DNA of 64,000 nt from Camelus dromedarius (GCF_036321535.1 NC_087437.1:109122001-109186000); one strand, 5' to 3'; shown: positions 50,601-63,179, counted from the stretch's first letter. Program-made: numbers and translations. The notes: generated by a model not told the origin, from the letters alone.

Positions 50601-52499
50601 AGACCGTGACTCATGGGGGGCTCATTAATTGCTTACTGGGATTGGATATCCTATTTCTGAACATCTACAAGTTCTGTTTATTAGAGGAGCAGAGAGAAGT
50701 GACTGAGAGATCCTTTGTTCCTCCTTTGTAGTCTGATTTCTAAAAGACAGCAAATATCTGAGTGGAACTTAGTTTAACTGCTAATATTTAGAAGAGCTAA
50801 TGAGATGGCACATTAATCTTTCATTGAAGATTTTGATGAGCACAGTGCATAACATAAGCAGTCTCCTACTTTACGGAAGGCATTGACAAAGATGTGTATA
50901 CGGATCTATGTATAGAGACAGAACAATAGATTTATAAATAATGAGAAGTGGGTAGGTGGTGTGGTTTATTTGTCAGGAAAGGAAATATTATAAAACTATG
51001 ATTTTTCCCCCTGGACTTTTAGCTTCAATATTTGATACTATGTTTCAAGCATTTTGCATATATTATTTAATTTTTTCTTTTGCATATATTAAAGGCATTC
51101 AACTGACAACATTAAAGATGCTGTTAACTGGTTTGAATCCACTATGAAGTGGATTGAAGCTAAATATATACTACTTCCTCCATATGAAGTAGGTCTTATT
51201 TTTATTTCCTTGTTCTTTGCATTGAGGAGACCTATGATTTTTGTCTTTAGTGTTGGACTTTGTAACACAGTGTAACAAATGCAATAAAACAGAAGTCAGG
51301 ATGCTCTGATGAACTCAGTAGTTTTGATCAAGATGGCGCTAGTAGTGGGACTGACCTGTTGGCAGGTAGGATCCAGCCATGTTCTCACTGATCAGTAGAA
51401 GTAGGAGAGGCCTTATATAAAAGCTTCTTTAATTGGATCAATACACAGTGTGTGAAAGTGAAGGTTAAGCGAAAGTCAATGCATAAAGGCAGGAGCTGCC
51501 AATATATGAATCCTCAACTCAAGCAAAACCAGATTCCCCATGATCCAATGCAATGATAAAAATAAGCTCCCATGTACTTTCTGTACCTTGGGGATCTTTG
51601 AAAGTCATGAGCTAGTAGAATTTTTCTTATTATTATTATCATTATTAGTGTTATTATTTGGTGTTTTGCTACACCTTCCCTTTGTTTCCAATATTTAAAC
51701 ACCAGCACATATGTTATGAGATGCAAATGATAAATTAGCACCCCTTTCCTGTAAGGTAGGAATGTCTGCATGAAAGGGCGTTTGGAATTGAAGTATCTAG
51801 TAGGTTGTCTACTGTGTCTTTCCACCAGGAGTCAAGATGAGATGGGGGGGGGGTGCCAAAAAGACTGGCCAGATTCACCACCACTGGCGTCTGTACGGAT
51901 CTCTCTTTCTTTAGCTTTACGCACAGTGGAGCTTGGAGGTACTCAGTGGTGTATTTTTGTTGCATGCACATTATCACTTGTCCTTTCCAATGTGGATGAG
52001 AATGCATTCCCTTGTAAGCAACTGAAAACCTCACCAATAAGGGTGTTTAGTTATCTCCCACAACCATTAATCTAGACACAGTTGTATCCAGGTGTGGGAT
52101 AGCAGCTCAGAAATGTCAGTAAGGGCAGAGGATGAGGAATAGATAAAGACTAGAGGCTAAGAAAGGGTGGGGGGAGGGAGAGAAATCCTCCTGAGGCTCT
52201 CTCTTCTTTCATAAGGGGAGAAACATTTCCCTCTTCATCTCTATGTCTAGAACATAGTGACCTGGCCACCCACTTCTGAAAACTACAAGAGAGGCTGGAA
52301 AATGGAGCATGTGAACAAAGGAAATGAGGCATGGCTAATCTGAACAACTGCCCTGGAGTCTGAGGAAGCATCATTATAGGTCTGCATGCCTGCTGTGCTG
52401 TTTGTCAGAGCAGACTGCTCTGCTCCTGCAGGTGTGGTCCAGGTCCCCCATGCTACTTCCATAGTTGCTATGTGCCAAGGGGCTTGCCACTCACCCAGC

Positions 52500-52894
52500 A
52501 TCTTAGCTGGCTCAGGTTGCCATAACAAAGTACCATAGATGGGGTGGCTTTAACATCAGAAATGCATTTTCTCACACTTCTGGAGACTGGAAGTCTGAGA
52601 TCAGGGTGCCAGCGTGGTTAGGTTCCGGCGAAGATCCTCTTTCTTGTTTGCAGATGATTGTCTTTTGCTGTCTCCTCATGTGGCCTCTGTCCAGTGCCTG
52701 TTCATGGAAAGAGAGAGTGATCAAGCTCTCTGATCTCTCTTCTTAGAAGGGCTCTAATCCCATCATAAGGACCCCACCCTCGTGATCTCACCTAAAGTTA
52801 ATTACCTCCCAAAGCCTCCATCTCCAAATAACATCATTTAGGGATTTGGACCGCAACGTAAAAATATTGAGGGGATGCAATTCAGAACAAAGCA
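52500..52894 (-). mobile_element. MLT1A-like solo LTR
   Basis: 'ttgccataacaaagtaccatagatggggtggctt...ttctggagactggaagtctgagatcagggtgccagc...ctaatcccatcat...attacctcccaaagcc'. Confidence 0.85.
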
Positions 52895-53544
52895 CTCAGT
52901 CTGAGCAAACACAGGTGAGAGTTCCCAGGGCCGAGTTTCTCAAGAATCCACAGAAACACCCAGGAGAGGAGCTACCCTCTAAGTTAGAACTTTCTTGCCT
53001 TCTCCTCTCTCTTGGAGACTCAGTATTGGAGAGGATAAAAGCTAAAGCTAGAAGAATGGTAAAATAATTCGAAATGCTAAGCTAGGAAGGAAAACACATC
53101 CTCTCTTTCTCCAACATCCAGCTTTCTGCTAGATTCTGGCCTAAGCTGGGGTTGACTTAACTTTAATGCTAGATTGAAATTCTGACCAACAGGTGGGACC
53201 AACTGTTTTAATCACTAAATTGCAACAATTGTTCATGTAACCAGAAAAGTCTTGGGCTGCCTGAATTTTCATCCTGGAACAGGGGGAAAGAAAACAGCCT
53301 CGCTGAGTAAATTCTAAGAGACAGTGGGGTGGGGGTGGGGCAAAAATAGAGTTACATTTTACGTGGCATGCTTGTTCAACTTAGCTATAAGCTCTGTTTT
53401 TCCTCCCAACCCATTTTTCATAGGAAAAATAATTTTTCATAATGGTGGTTTGATAGATGTAGTGGTGAAAAATGCCAGAACATGATCTCTAGATCTGAGA
53501 ATTTTCACAGATAGTTTTCTCTGGGGGAATCAACATTTCAGGTG

Positions 53545-53578
53545 CTGTAATACTCAGAGTGGCCGCCTGGTGGCAGAA
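53545..53578 (+). promoter_or_regulatory. Candidate CTCF-binding site with upstream motif
   Basis: 'ctgtaatactcagagTGGCCGCCTGGTGGCAGaa'. The core differs from CC(A/G)SYAGRKGGCRS at one position, and a TG(C/T)A(G/A)T-like upstream module is present. Confidence 0.5.
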
Positions 53579-54269
53579 GTTCACAAAAGCTGCTCGCTGT
53601 CCCTGGAAACCCCGTGTTCCTGTGGGAATAGTTTTTTTTTTTTTTGCTTCTGCACCCCCAGAGCAGTGGCTATTCCAACTTTTGGCGGAAGCTGTTTTCC
53701 CTGGCAATGTTTGTTTTCTGGCTAAGCCTTCTTTGGCTCCGCAGGGCCAAACTTTGTGATGCTTTCTGAGTACCACATATTCCGGTTCTGTTCATGTTAA
53801 TGCAGTTTGGAGGAAATTTAGCGGTTTGAAATCTCTTGGTTTGGAGGATTTTCTTTTGTCCTCTCATTTAATTCAAACGCTGATCGACACATTGAGAATG
53901 AAAAGCTACTCTTACTTTCCCCTGGAAAATTTTTCTCAAATAATGCAGTCTCCCTAAAAAATCCTTACGCATGTCAGAGAGAGGAGACTTTTCCTGCTAC
54001 CCTTGAGATTTCAGTTCTCATGCTTACACATGTCATTAGCAGGGTGAGTTTTCCTTAGATTTGTACCAGATGGTGGTGGTGTTTTTTGGAAGAGGCGTAG
54101 ACATTTTCCTCATTAAAATCTACCAAAAATGAATCTTCTCTAACTGGCTCATTTCTTTAATAACAAGATTTTTAGTTTCAAGGACCCAGTATCCAAGTGA
54201 GACTTTAGTACCCAGAAAAAAAATTGATTTTACAAACCAAGTACCTTTCTATGATTCTTTAGAAGTGGT

Positions 54270-54417
54270 GGTGGGGGGTATAGCTCAGTGGTGGAGAGCA
54301 TTATTAGCATGCAGGAAGGAGGTCATCGGTTTGATCCCCAGTACCTCCATGAAATTAATAACAATAATAAATAAACCTAATTACTTCCTCTTACAAAACA
54401 AAACAAAACAAAACAAA
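54270..54417 (+). mobile_element. tRNA-derived camelid-type SINE (vic-1-like)
   Basis: 'ggggggtatagctcagtggtggagagc...ttagcatgc...gtttgatccccagtacctcca...aataaacctaattac...(CAAAA)n'. TSD tttagaagtg (54258-54267) and tttagaaatg (54418-54427). Confidence 0.88.
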
Positions 54418-54729
54418 TTTAGAAATGAAAGTCCACTATTGTCTGGATAGAGGTGGTGGTGTGGGGAGACAGGAAACCATGTCAGGAAGGGTTTGAGCAA
54501 GCTGGTTTCTAAAGCTCGACACAATATTTGTGGCTACACTTGCCCCGTGTCCTCAGGCACAACAAGAATTAGATTTGCTGTGACTTTGAGGTGAAGCCAT
54601 TCATGCAGGCAGGAAACACTGCCTACGTGGCAGGTACAGAGTTGAGTGACATAATGAGCTGGGCCAGATGTGGTCCCTGAGCTCACAGTGCCTACAGTTA
54701 GTGGATAGGACAAGCCTGGCTGCAAACAA

Positions 54730-55000
54730 AACACTCAGAGGATAATCACAGACTGGGGGCAGTGCTCTGAAGGAAAAGAAAGTGTTGCAGACGGGGAACA
54801 AACAGCTAACAACAGAACCTGAGCCAGGCTGGAAGGTCAGGCAAAGCATCTCCAAGAGGTTAAACTTGAGTGACATCTGAAAGCTAGTTGGCCTTGACTG
54901 GGGAAGGGGCAGCGGGGTGAAAAGGAAGGGGCACATGCAGGTACCAGAGGTGGGGAAGTGCATGAAGTGTCTGGGCAATGGGAGGGAGTTTCTGGAGGTT
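54730..55000 (-). mobile_element. L2 fragment
   Basis: 'agtgctctgaaggaaa', 'ggtcaggcaaagcatctccaagagg...ttgagtgacatctgaa', 'gcacatgcaggtaccagaggtgggg'. Confidence 0.5.
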
Positions 55001-55804
55001 GGAGCACAGAGTGGGAGGGCGAGTGGTGAAATGGGCTGACCCTGAGACCCACAGCAGGGGTGGGGGAGCTGTTGGGGACAGTGGTGGACACGATGCGTGT
55101 ACACATGAAAACAGCCCTCTGGCTGCAGCAATGCACCAGAGGAGAGAGGGCCAGCAGGCACGAGCCAGGTGGGCTCTAAAAGGGGCTGCATGTAGAGGTG
55201 AACCGAACGGGGAGGGGATATTCAGGAGCAGAGATGTCACAGGTCATTCTGACTTGAGTACTGAATGTTTGCTGGCCTCTTCAGTGAGTGAGGGAACAGA
55301 GGTCGAAAACAGATCCCAATGTAAACCGTGACTCTGATGCCTAAACTGAGAAATAGAGAAAGACTGGGACCCTGCCAGAAGTATGTGATGGAAAGAGAGA
55401 GAAAGGCAAAGGAGTTTAAGGTACTAGTAAATCATACAATTAAGCTCTTCCAGAAGAGATGCCTTACACACCATGGTTACTTACCTTTCTTGCCCCATTT
55501 TCTTTTTCTCATCCCCTCCCTCCTTCCCTTGTAGAAATTTATCTAAACTTGCTCCAGTTTAATTACAGAAAGTCTCAAATTTTCCTGCCTTTTGAGTCTT
55601 TATGATCTTCTACAGAATTTTTGGAAAGGGTATTTATATATTTTGGTATAATTTAGTAATTTTTCTGAGAGACAAACTGCTTGGTGTTTGTCTTACCTGG
55701 TAATCACACTGGTAATTTGCCACAGTTTACAACTATTTTTATTTGAACGCATCTTCCGCCCTATGTTTCTGTATTTTACTGCATTTTTTAACTATAAATA
55801 ATTT

Positions 55805-55995
55805 ATAGTGTGATTTTGGGCAAATTACTTAAACTCTTTGTTTCAGTTTTTTAATTTGAAAAATAGGTTAATAATCTGATGATATAATAATCACCCCTTT
55901 CTAATGGGTTGTTTGGAGGATTCAGTTGGTTAAAAACTTGTAAAGTGCAGTATAAACATGCAATAAATGTTAGCTACAATTATTAGCTGTTATTA
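55805..55995 (+). mobile_element. MIR SINE
   Basis: 'tgtgattttgggcaaattacttaaactct...tttcagttt...gggttgtttggaggatt...tgtaaagtgc...caataaatgttagct'. Confidence 0.75.
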
Positions 55996-56269
55996 TAGAA
56001 AAGGGAAGTCTAAAAGACTGTGGGGCCCGGAGAGCTAGAACTTAAGCAATGGAAATTAGAAGCCCACTTAAGGTACCCCGGAGGTGAAAGCCAGTGTTTT
56101 CTGGAGATGCACTTTTCATCACACAAAAGAAATTTTTCTGTAGTGAGTGGAGAAGAAGGAATGGATGTTCCTGTTTGCTTGTATGGCAAGGCGGAAGAAT
56201 AAATGTGTTTATACCCCTTTGTGTCTCTTTGGATGGGCCTTTTCTTGGTGACAGGAGGAATGTTAATAC

Positions 56270-56520
56270 AGATTAATAATAACAGTACTAAGAACCAACA
56301 TTGAGTCCTTCCATTGTGCTTACAAGTGGAAGTAGGCACTCACTAGTCCTTCACCTGCTCTGTCTCGTTGAACCCAGCAAGAGCCCTAACAGGTCAGGTC
56401 TATTCTCGTCTCCATCTCAGCAATGAGAAACCTGAGAGTCTATTCCATACCCAAGGTAGAAAAGCGGCTCAAAAATGGCAAGGCTGGATTTGAATCCAGA
56501 CGTTCTAGCTTCATAGCCAG
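56270..56520 (-). mobile_element. MIR SINE, decayed
   Basis: 'tccatctcagcaatgagaaacctgag...ccaaggt...ggctggatttgaatccagacgttct'. Confidence 0.55.
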
Positions 56521-57328
56521 ACTTACATGAAACAACCTCCATTTCCCCAGTTACACTTCTGCTCCTAAAATTTTCCCAATGTCCAAAATCTTGCATTTTC
56601 TTTAAAAAGAAGACAATCATGCAGCCTTTTCTTTCTTTGCTTTGCAAGAGGAGAGTTTAACCAGAGAAGTTACATGTTGGTTGAAACAATCTTTTAGGAC
56701 ATGTCTAATCCTGAGTTTCCATAATCCTATGAATAAAAGAATGCATGAATTCAACGACGTTGGTAACAATTGAGGTGATAAACATGGCTGCGCAGTCAAA
56801 TCACTGTTTGATAACTGATCACAAGGAGTGGGAAAGGTATCTAAACGAAGGAAGACAGAACAACCAGATTCCCTTTCCATTTACTGACATTTATTTTTTC
56901 ATTCAATATGAATATATTAAGTACCGCCAATGTCCCAGGCACTGTACTGTGTTATAATGTCAGAATCCTTATCTTTAAGATGCTTGCAGCTTCATGGAGG
57001 AGAGATGCAAGAAAAAAGGTATTTTAAGTACTCTGATAACAGAAGATTCTATAGGGAGATATAAATGTGCTGTGGGGACAGAGACTCTATGCCCAGTGAA
57101 GCCTGTTTGGGATAAAAATGGAGGGCGACAGTGGTGAGGAGTGGGGGAAAGTATCGGTGGATTTGGAAGGTGGGGAGCAAACAAACTGTAGGCAATAAAA
57201 GCAGAGGAGCCAGTTTCTGGCTGAGGAGAATGAAGATGAAGACAATTTTAGGAGGAAAGGAAGAGAGGAGATGGATGGAGTCCTTAGTACATTGGATCAG
57301 CGTTTGATGCTGGAATTGCCCCTCTTTC

Positions 57329-57814
57329 TGTAAAGGGAAGAACAAACCTGACTCTGTTGAATCTGTTTCTTTTACTTCAACCTTTGTCTTCTATTGCTTC
57401 TGCTACAAGTTAATCACTAAAGGAATGTTGCCTGTAAGTTGAATTATACATAATGGCCCATCTTTGGGAACTCTACCTCCCAGGTAATGAGCATTAAGCT
57501 AAAATACTTTTGTTTAGCTCATAGAAAGCATTCTGACCAGGCCTACCTGTGAATGACTGCAGGAAGGAAGAAGTTAACACATCCCCTGCAGAAGCTGACT
57601 GGCACCAGGAAATGTTTGACTTTACACCCTCCTTTTTTAGTATTAAAGAAGCCTGAATCCTAACTCAGGCAAGATGGTTGTTTGGGACACTAGTCCACCA
57701 CCTTCTTGGTCTGCTGGCTATCTGAATAAAGTATCTATTCCTTGCCCCAACAACTCATCCCTTGATTTATTAGCCAGTTGTGTGCTGAACAGTATGAACT
57801 TGGACTCAGTAACA
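57329..57814 (+). mobile_element. ERV1 (MER4/MER41-group-like) solo LTR
   Basis: TG...CA ends ('tgtaaaggg' ... 'ggactcagtaaca'), TATA-like 'tattaaag', AATAAA at 57725-57730, 4-bp flanks tttc/tctc. Confidence 0.8.
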
Positions 57815-60316
57815 TCTCTTGGGTCTCTTAAGACACAATGGATGTGGAATCATGGCAAAACTCTGTAACCAAACCTAACACATAAAACCAGGGAAGAATT
57901 ACAGACAAGAATGATCAGGGGATAGAGACAAAGGACAGAAGTTTGAGTGTCTCTCACTACAGATACACAATGTTGACCACTTCTGACACCACTTTGATTC
58001 TGCAGAGACAGCAACTGCTGCCCCTTTTATTTGTCCCTTTTGGAGCTGCAGTGCTTGATGGGGAAGTGTTAGCAGGAGGTGTCCATAAATGGGCAGTTGC
58101 AGTGGAGGTTGTTAGGAGTGTAGCAGCCTCAGATTAGTCAACAGGAAGGAATGTATATCCATCTTCGGCTCAAACAGGGGAACAGAAATGTTGCCAAAGA
58201 TGAGCATTTTCTTTTTCATTGAATTTTTCTCCATTTACTCTATTCTTCTGACTCTATAATTCTGTGCTGTGTCTGCAGTAAAAGTTAGAGCTTTCTCTTT
58301 CATTTGTCAACATTTCTAAAAACGGGAATATTGATGAGCAATATTTGGGTTTTCCAGCCCTGCCCTGGTTTCTGATGAATCTTCAGAGTCAGTTCCTTTG
58401 AGCTGTATGAAAGACACTTGGCTGATAATGAGACAAATGTCCTAATTAACTAAGCCTTAAGAACTAATTATCTCAGCCCACAGAGTGGGCTACCTTTGCC
58501 CTTATTCAAAAAAACTGGCAGATGGTGGGTTCTGGGAAGTTTGAGGCTGATTTTCTTTGGTGTTTCAAGCAGAATGTTTATTGAAAGTAAAGGGTTAGCT
58601 TTACTATGTCTATCCCTGCACTTAACCAGCTGGTTGTCTTCACGGGTCACTCAGAGCGGTGACAGCCCAAGGCAGGAGAAGCGCTGGTTTGAGGGGGCAG
58701 GCACGTTCTTAGAGTTACCTGGTCTGCAGAGATTCACTTGACCACCAGATGTTGCTGATGTTCACAGTTCTGCCCTTCGCCCTCAGAGGAAATTCATGTT
58801 TTTCTCACATTGACTGCTGCTCACTGGCCTTCTCTGTGGTCTTGCCACCTCCCAGGGCTCCCTGTTCACTTCCTTCTCTCTCCATGGGCCCTGGATGTAT
58901 TTATTGTTGGATGCTGTTGTTTTGTGAGCCTCAGAGAAAGATTTTGTACAGAAAGCAAGGCCTGGTACTCTGGGTAGGATAGCATTTCTCTAACCTCGTT
59001 AATATTCCAGCAGCATTTTTAAAGAAAAAAAAAAGCAAACACATCTACTGTCAGTCCTTCTATTGTGTCTGATGTCTCCTTAATATCCCATAAATAAGTT
59101 CATAAACAGATGAAACAAACCAGCTTGTTTATCAGTTTGTAGGTTGTAAAATAAATGAAACCAAGTGGCTTTAATAATCTTCTGGAAGAAATTGATTTTC
59201 TTTCCCCTTGGCAAGTGGCTCTTTGTACAGTGGCCTTCATATGGAATAGCCACTTGGTATGTCATTGGCTGCAAGGGCCAGAGTTATTGTCTCTTTCTCG
59301 CATTGACATATAAGAAAGGAAAAGTAAGAGAAGCTTCAAAGCTAGCATAATGAGGGTGACCCAGTTGGGAGAAGTGCTAAAGAATCCCCAGTGTAAAACC
59401 TTTTTAATTCTCATCAACGATAAGACGAATCATTTGGAGTCCTGAGTACTTCCAATTAGCGAGTGAGAGACTCTGATTAAAAAATCAGGCCCGCTGCATG
59501 GCAGAGTGTATTTTGGCTTTTTATTTTGATAAGTGGTTTTAAGTATTTATTATAATAATCCACAGCCTATGGACTAATGGGCTATAGTATGTCTTTTAAC
59601 TGCAATAAAATCTTGAGAAAATGAGGCCTCATTGTAGGCACTTGCAGTAAAATCTTGGTTGGGAAGTAAAAGGAGGCCACTTTTTTTTTTTATCACAATG
59701 ATCATGTTTTCTGATTAATGAAGTGAAAAATAGATCATTTGACTATATGGAAGTTACAATACCCACTATGTAAGTCTACGAACAAAAGGCATTCATTGCT
59801 GCTAATGGCCTTGGTGTCTGTCCTGAAGCATCGTATGTAATTGCTTTCTTCAGTTGCCTTATTCAATTATTTGGATTTCTCTTTCATTATGGAAGAACAA
59901 CTCCCCAAATTTTATGGCCAGGTCCTCTAACATCAGAACCGGAGTTTGATTTCCGAGGCTGCTGCTTCTGCTGTCTTGCTTTGTAGCGTCAGAATCTTAT
60001 CCGCTATGTGCTCCCCTTTCAGTCTGTTCTTCGCAGGTGTTGAGGCTGGTGGGACCACAGGCTGGCATGCTTGTGGATTTGCACCCATCCCTCTCACCTC
60101 AGCCAGTTTTATTTAACCTGTTGCCCTGGCCCTGACTCCAGACAGCTTGTGGATGAAAGGACTTGCATGACAGGTGGTGGAGAACTTAGCAGATGGTAAC
60201 AATCTGCTAATGACCTTCTTAATTTGTAGACCCAAGCAGAACGAACATGAAGGCAAGTCACACCTGCCTTGATGTGCTTCACCAGTCTGTACAAGAGCCT
60301 TTGTCATTGATGTGAT

Positions 60317-60875
60317 TGGTACCAGATACCTGAATTGGGAACCCTGCCCAAGTGTGGGTCCTTGACGCCAGCTGTGCAAGAATTTGCAGCAGAAGCAGAG
60401 GGGCAAAATGAATGGCTGTTCTATTACTCAGAAGAGGAAAAGGAAGGAAAATGCTCCAGTGGGGGAAAAAGCTCTGGAGTGGGGAGCCATGAGTCAAGAT
60501 GGGCTGGTTGACACAGCTGTGGCCCAGATCAGGCTTTGTGGACTTTTATAGGAGGCTTCTGCCATCATGTCCTCATTCCAGGTGTGCTGGAGCCAATCAC
60601 CTTTCTTTTCTGTCCTTGTATGGACTTTTCTGGTTGTTGTGGCAATTGTCAACTGTCATGGTGCTGGTGGGTGTGTCGTTTGTATGCTAATACATTACAA
60701 TGAACTTATAAAGAGGCTCAAGGTCCACTAGAAGTGAGATCCGCCACCATCTTAGGCTCCATTGGTTCTAACCAGTTTTGTTTTTCTCTTTGCAGCTGCC
60801 TCCTGAGACTTAGATAAGAGTAACTGGTTTTTATTCAAGGGAGGAGCAGGTGTATGAACCTGGAGCAACAGCCTT
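60317..60875 (-). mobile_element. ERV1 MER4-group-like LTR
   Basis: 'tggtaccag...gggtccttgac...gtgcaagaatt', reverse TATA 'ttttata', 'aactgtcatggtgctggtgggtgtgtc...tatgctaat', 'gccaccatctt'. Confidence 0.5.
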
Positions 60876-61271
60876 TGTAACAAAAGGGTAAGTTGCTTTT
60901 AATCAGAATGATGACAATCTGGTGAGCCCAGTGTCCCCCTAAAAAACTGTCTCAAAAGATTTTGCTCAGCCGTAAACAAGAGGCAGGGGTTCGGGGGCCT
61001 TAGTTCCTACAGAAGAGCTTAAAGATATTGCTATGTGTATTTCTTGAGGAGGAACCAAGACCCTATCCCAAGGTTACACTGTTGTTTCTTGACTGTTCCT
61101 CCTTTGTTTCTGCATTTTCTCCCTTCCCTGATTAGCAACAGTTTGAATCTGCCCTTTGGAACTCAGGGAAGGTCAAGGAAGCCAAATGAAGCCTATTTCC
61201 TACAAACAAGAAATAGAGAACATGGAAAGATTCATACAAAGGAGGACCCCACAGGGTCTTGCTCAATATCA
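60876..61271 (-). mobile_element. Laurasiatherian-type ERV1 LTR, probably internally deleted
   Basis: TG...CA ends. The minus strand starts 'tgatattgagcaagaccctgtgggg...tttcttgtttgtaggaaataggcttc...ttccctgagttccaaagggcagattcaaac'. Confidence 0.65.
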
Positions 61272-62418
61272 TTAGTTCCTTGTTCAGTACAATAGGGAAG
61301 TTAAAATATCTCTATTTCTCAGAAGTTTGCCAATTGTTTGAGCCTCTTCTAGATGTAGCGAGTTCTTAAATGATAGTCTACTGCTCTCCTTAGTTATTAA
61401 GATCCTTTACCAGAATGTTTTGAGTTCCCATAAATTACTGCTGGCTCTGCAAGCTCTAGAGGGCTGGTTCTATTAACAGATTTTTGTATAGTGTCGCTGG
61501 GAACAGTGACACCCTCTTTAGTCACATCTGGGTCTTTGAATGCAGACTGCCTCCTTGTCTTCAGGTCTCTATCCCACAAGCTCTTCTTAATTTGTGTGCC
61601 TTTTGGAACAACTCTTGCTCAGCTACTTTGACCAGCTCTCAGGTATTCATAGCTCTTCATCTCTGAAGACCTCACTGAAGGTAATGCAGTCTCCTGAGAT
61701 GCCCAGACACTCCCAGGGTGAGCTGTATCTGCCCACACCTTCACTAAGGCATTGTTAGTGGTGCTGTCTCAGACATCAATGGATTTCCTTTGCCTCCTCT
61801 GCTGGATACTCACCTTGTTCTGTAGCTATTCTAGGGGTCTAGAGAAATTTGACATAAGGGACAATTTTTGTTCTTGGCTAACATCTCTTCCTCCAGATTC
61901 CCCTCACTCTCTTCTCTAAGTAAGCTCAACCATACCATATACAGGCACAAACCATCTCTCCATGACCCATCCCTGAAAGCCCAGAGTCCAGTCTGTCTTG
62001 TCATCTTTTCCATCTGGGCCTCTTTGACCCTCCTGAGCTAAAGACTTTCTAATCTGAGAATCTAACCAACACACATTCTAAAACCACAGAGGAGATGACA
62101 CAAGAAAGACTTCAGAAACGCTTTTATCCTGTTTTTAAGGCCTATACCCAGGACATTTTCTCCTGATTGTTCTTTAGTTATCAAAGCTGCAAGTTAGTTA
62201 TTAAAGTCACACTTTATGCCTTCGATAGATATGCTTGCAAATGAAAATGTTACCTGTACGAATTACACCTTTTAACTTACCTTCAGCAGGTCTTGTGGCG
62301 AAATCTTTTTCTCTCAGTGAGGAGGACAGTTTGTACTATTTTACTGACAGTTTCTCACCTGCTTCATCTTGGGACTCATTGTCTGCCTTTCGAACTTGGC
62401 TAACTAGGCATGAGGGTC

Positions 62419-63179
62419 TGTGTGTGGGTTTGGGGGTGGTTCCCTACATCAACAAGAGGCAATTCTCAGAACACCAGCTTGTGTCCTGCAATTCAACTCT
62501 GATACTATCTACCCAGAAATTCCACAAATTAAGCTCCTCCTTCCCCAACTTCAGATGCCAGTTTTCACCTGTGCTTCTGACCCACTGGCTATAGATTGGA
62601 GGTTCCCACAAACCCCTCCTTGAGTATGATTAATTTGCTAGGGTGGCTCACAGAACTCAGAGAAATGTTTTACTCCTTAAATGACTGGTTTATTATGGAA
62701 GGGTATAACTCAGGAGTAAGCAGATGGAAGAGACGCATAGGGCAAGGCATGGGGGAAGGCCATGGGACTTCCAGGTGCTCGGGGAGCGCCGCCCTCCCAG
62801 CGCCTCCATGTGTTCATCAACCTGGAAGCTCTCCAAACCTGCCCTTTTGGTTTTTATGGAAGCTTCATTACATGGACCTGATTGATTAAATTATTGACTA
62901 TTGGTGATTGAAGCCAACCTCCAGTCCCTCTCCCCTTTTCTGAGGTGGGGGCAGAGATGAGATTGAAAGTTCCAACCCGCAAATCACATGGCTGGTTCTC
63001 CTGGCAAGCAGCCTCTGTCCTTTGGTTATCTAGGGACTTTCCAAAAGTCACCTCATTAACATAACAAAAGACATTAGTCACTCTCATCACTTAGGAAATT
63101 CCAAGGGTTCTAGGACCTCTGTGCCAGAAATGGGATGAAAGCCAAATATATATTTCTAATTAGAAATCACAATATCACA
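62419..63179 (-). mobile_element. MER21-like solo LTR
   Basis: TG...CA ends with 5-bp flanks gggtc/gggta; 'attaatttgctagggtggctcacagaactcag', 'tgaaagttccaacc', 'gtcacctcattaacataac', 'ggaaattccaaggg'. Confidence 0.8.

Noticed and set aside
54273..54350. tRNA-like sequence (also at ~39680-39747, minus strand)
   Set aside because: It has A/B boxes but is followed by SINE body, an A-rich tail and a TSD, so it is a SINE head rather than a tRNA gene.
54601..55331. Longest ORF (196 aa, minus strand) and overlapping ORFs
   Set aside because: They lie in GC-richer, L2-derived sequence, have Pro/Cys/Leu-rich non-protein-like composition, and show no recognisable domain.
60011..60120. Strong-looking splice acceptor 'ctcccctttcagtctgttcttcgcag'
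   Set aside because: No matching donor or coding signal could be identified downstream, and isolated acceptors are common by chance.
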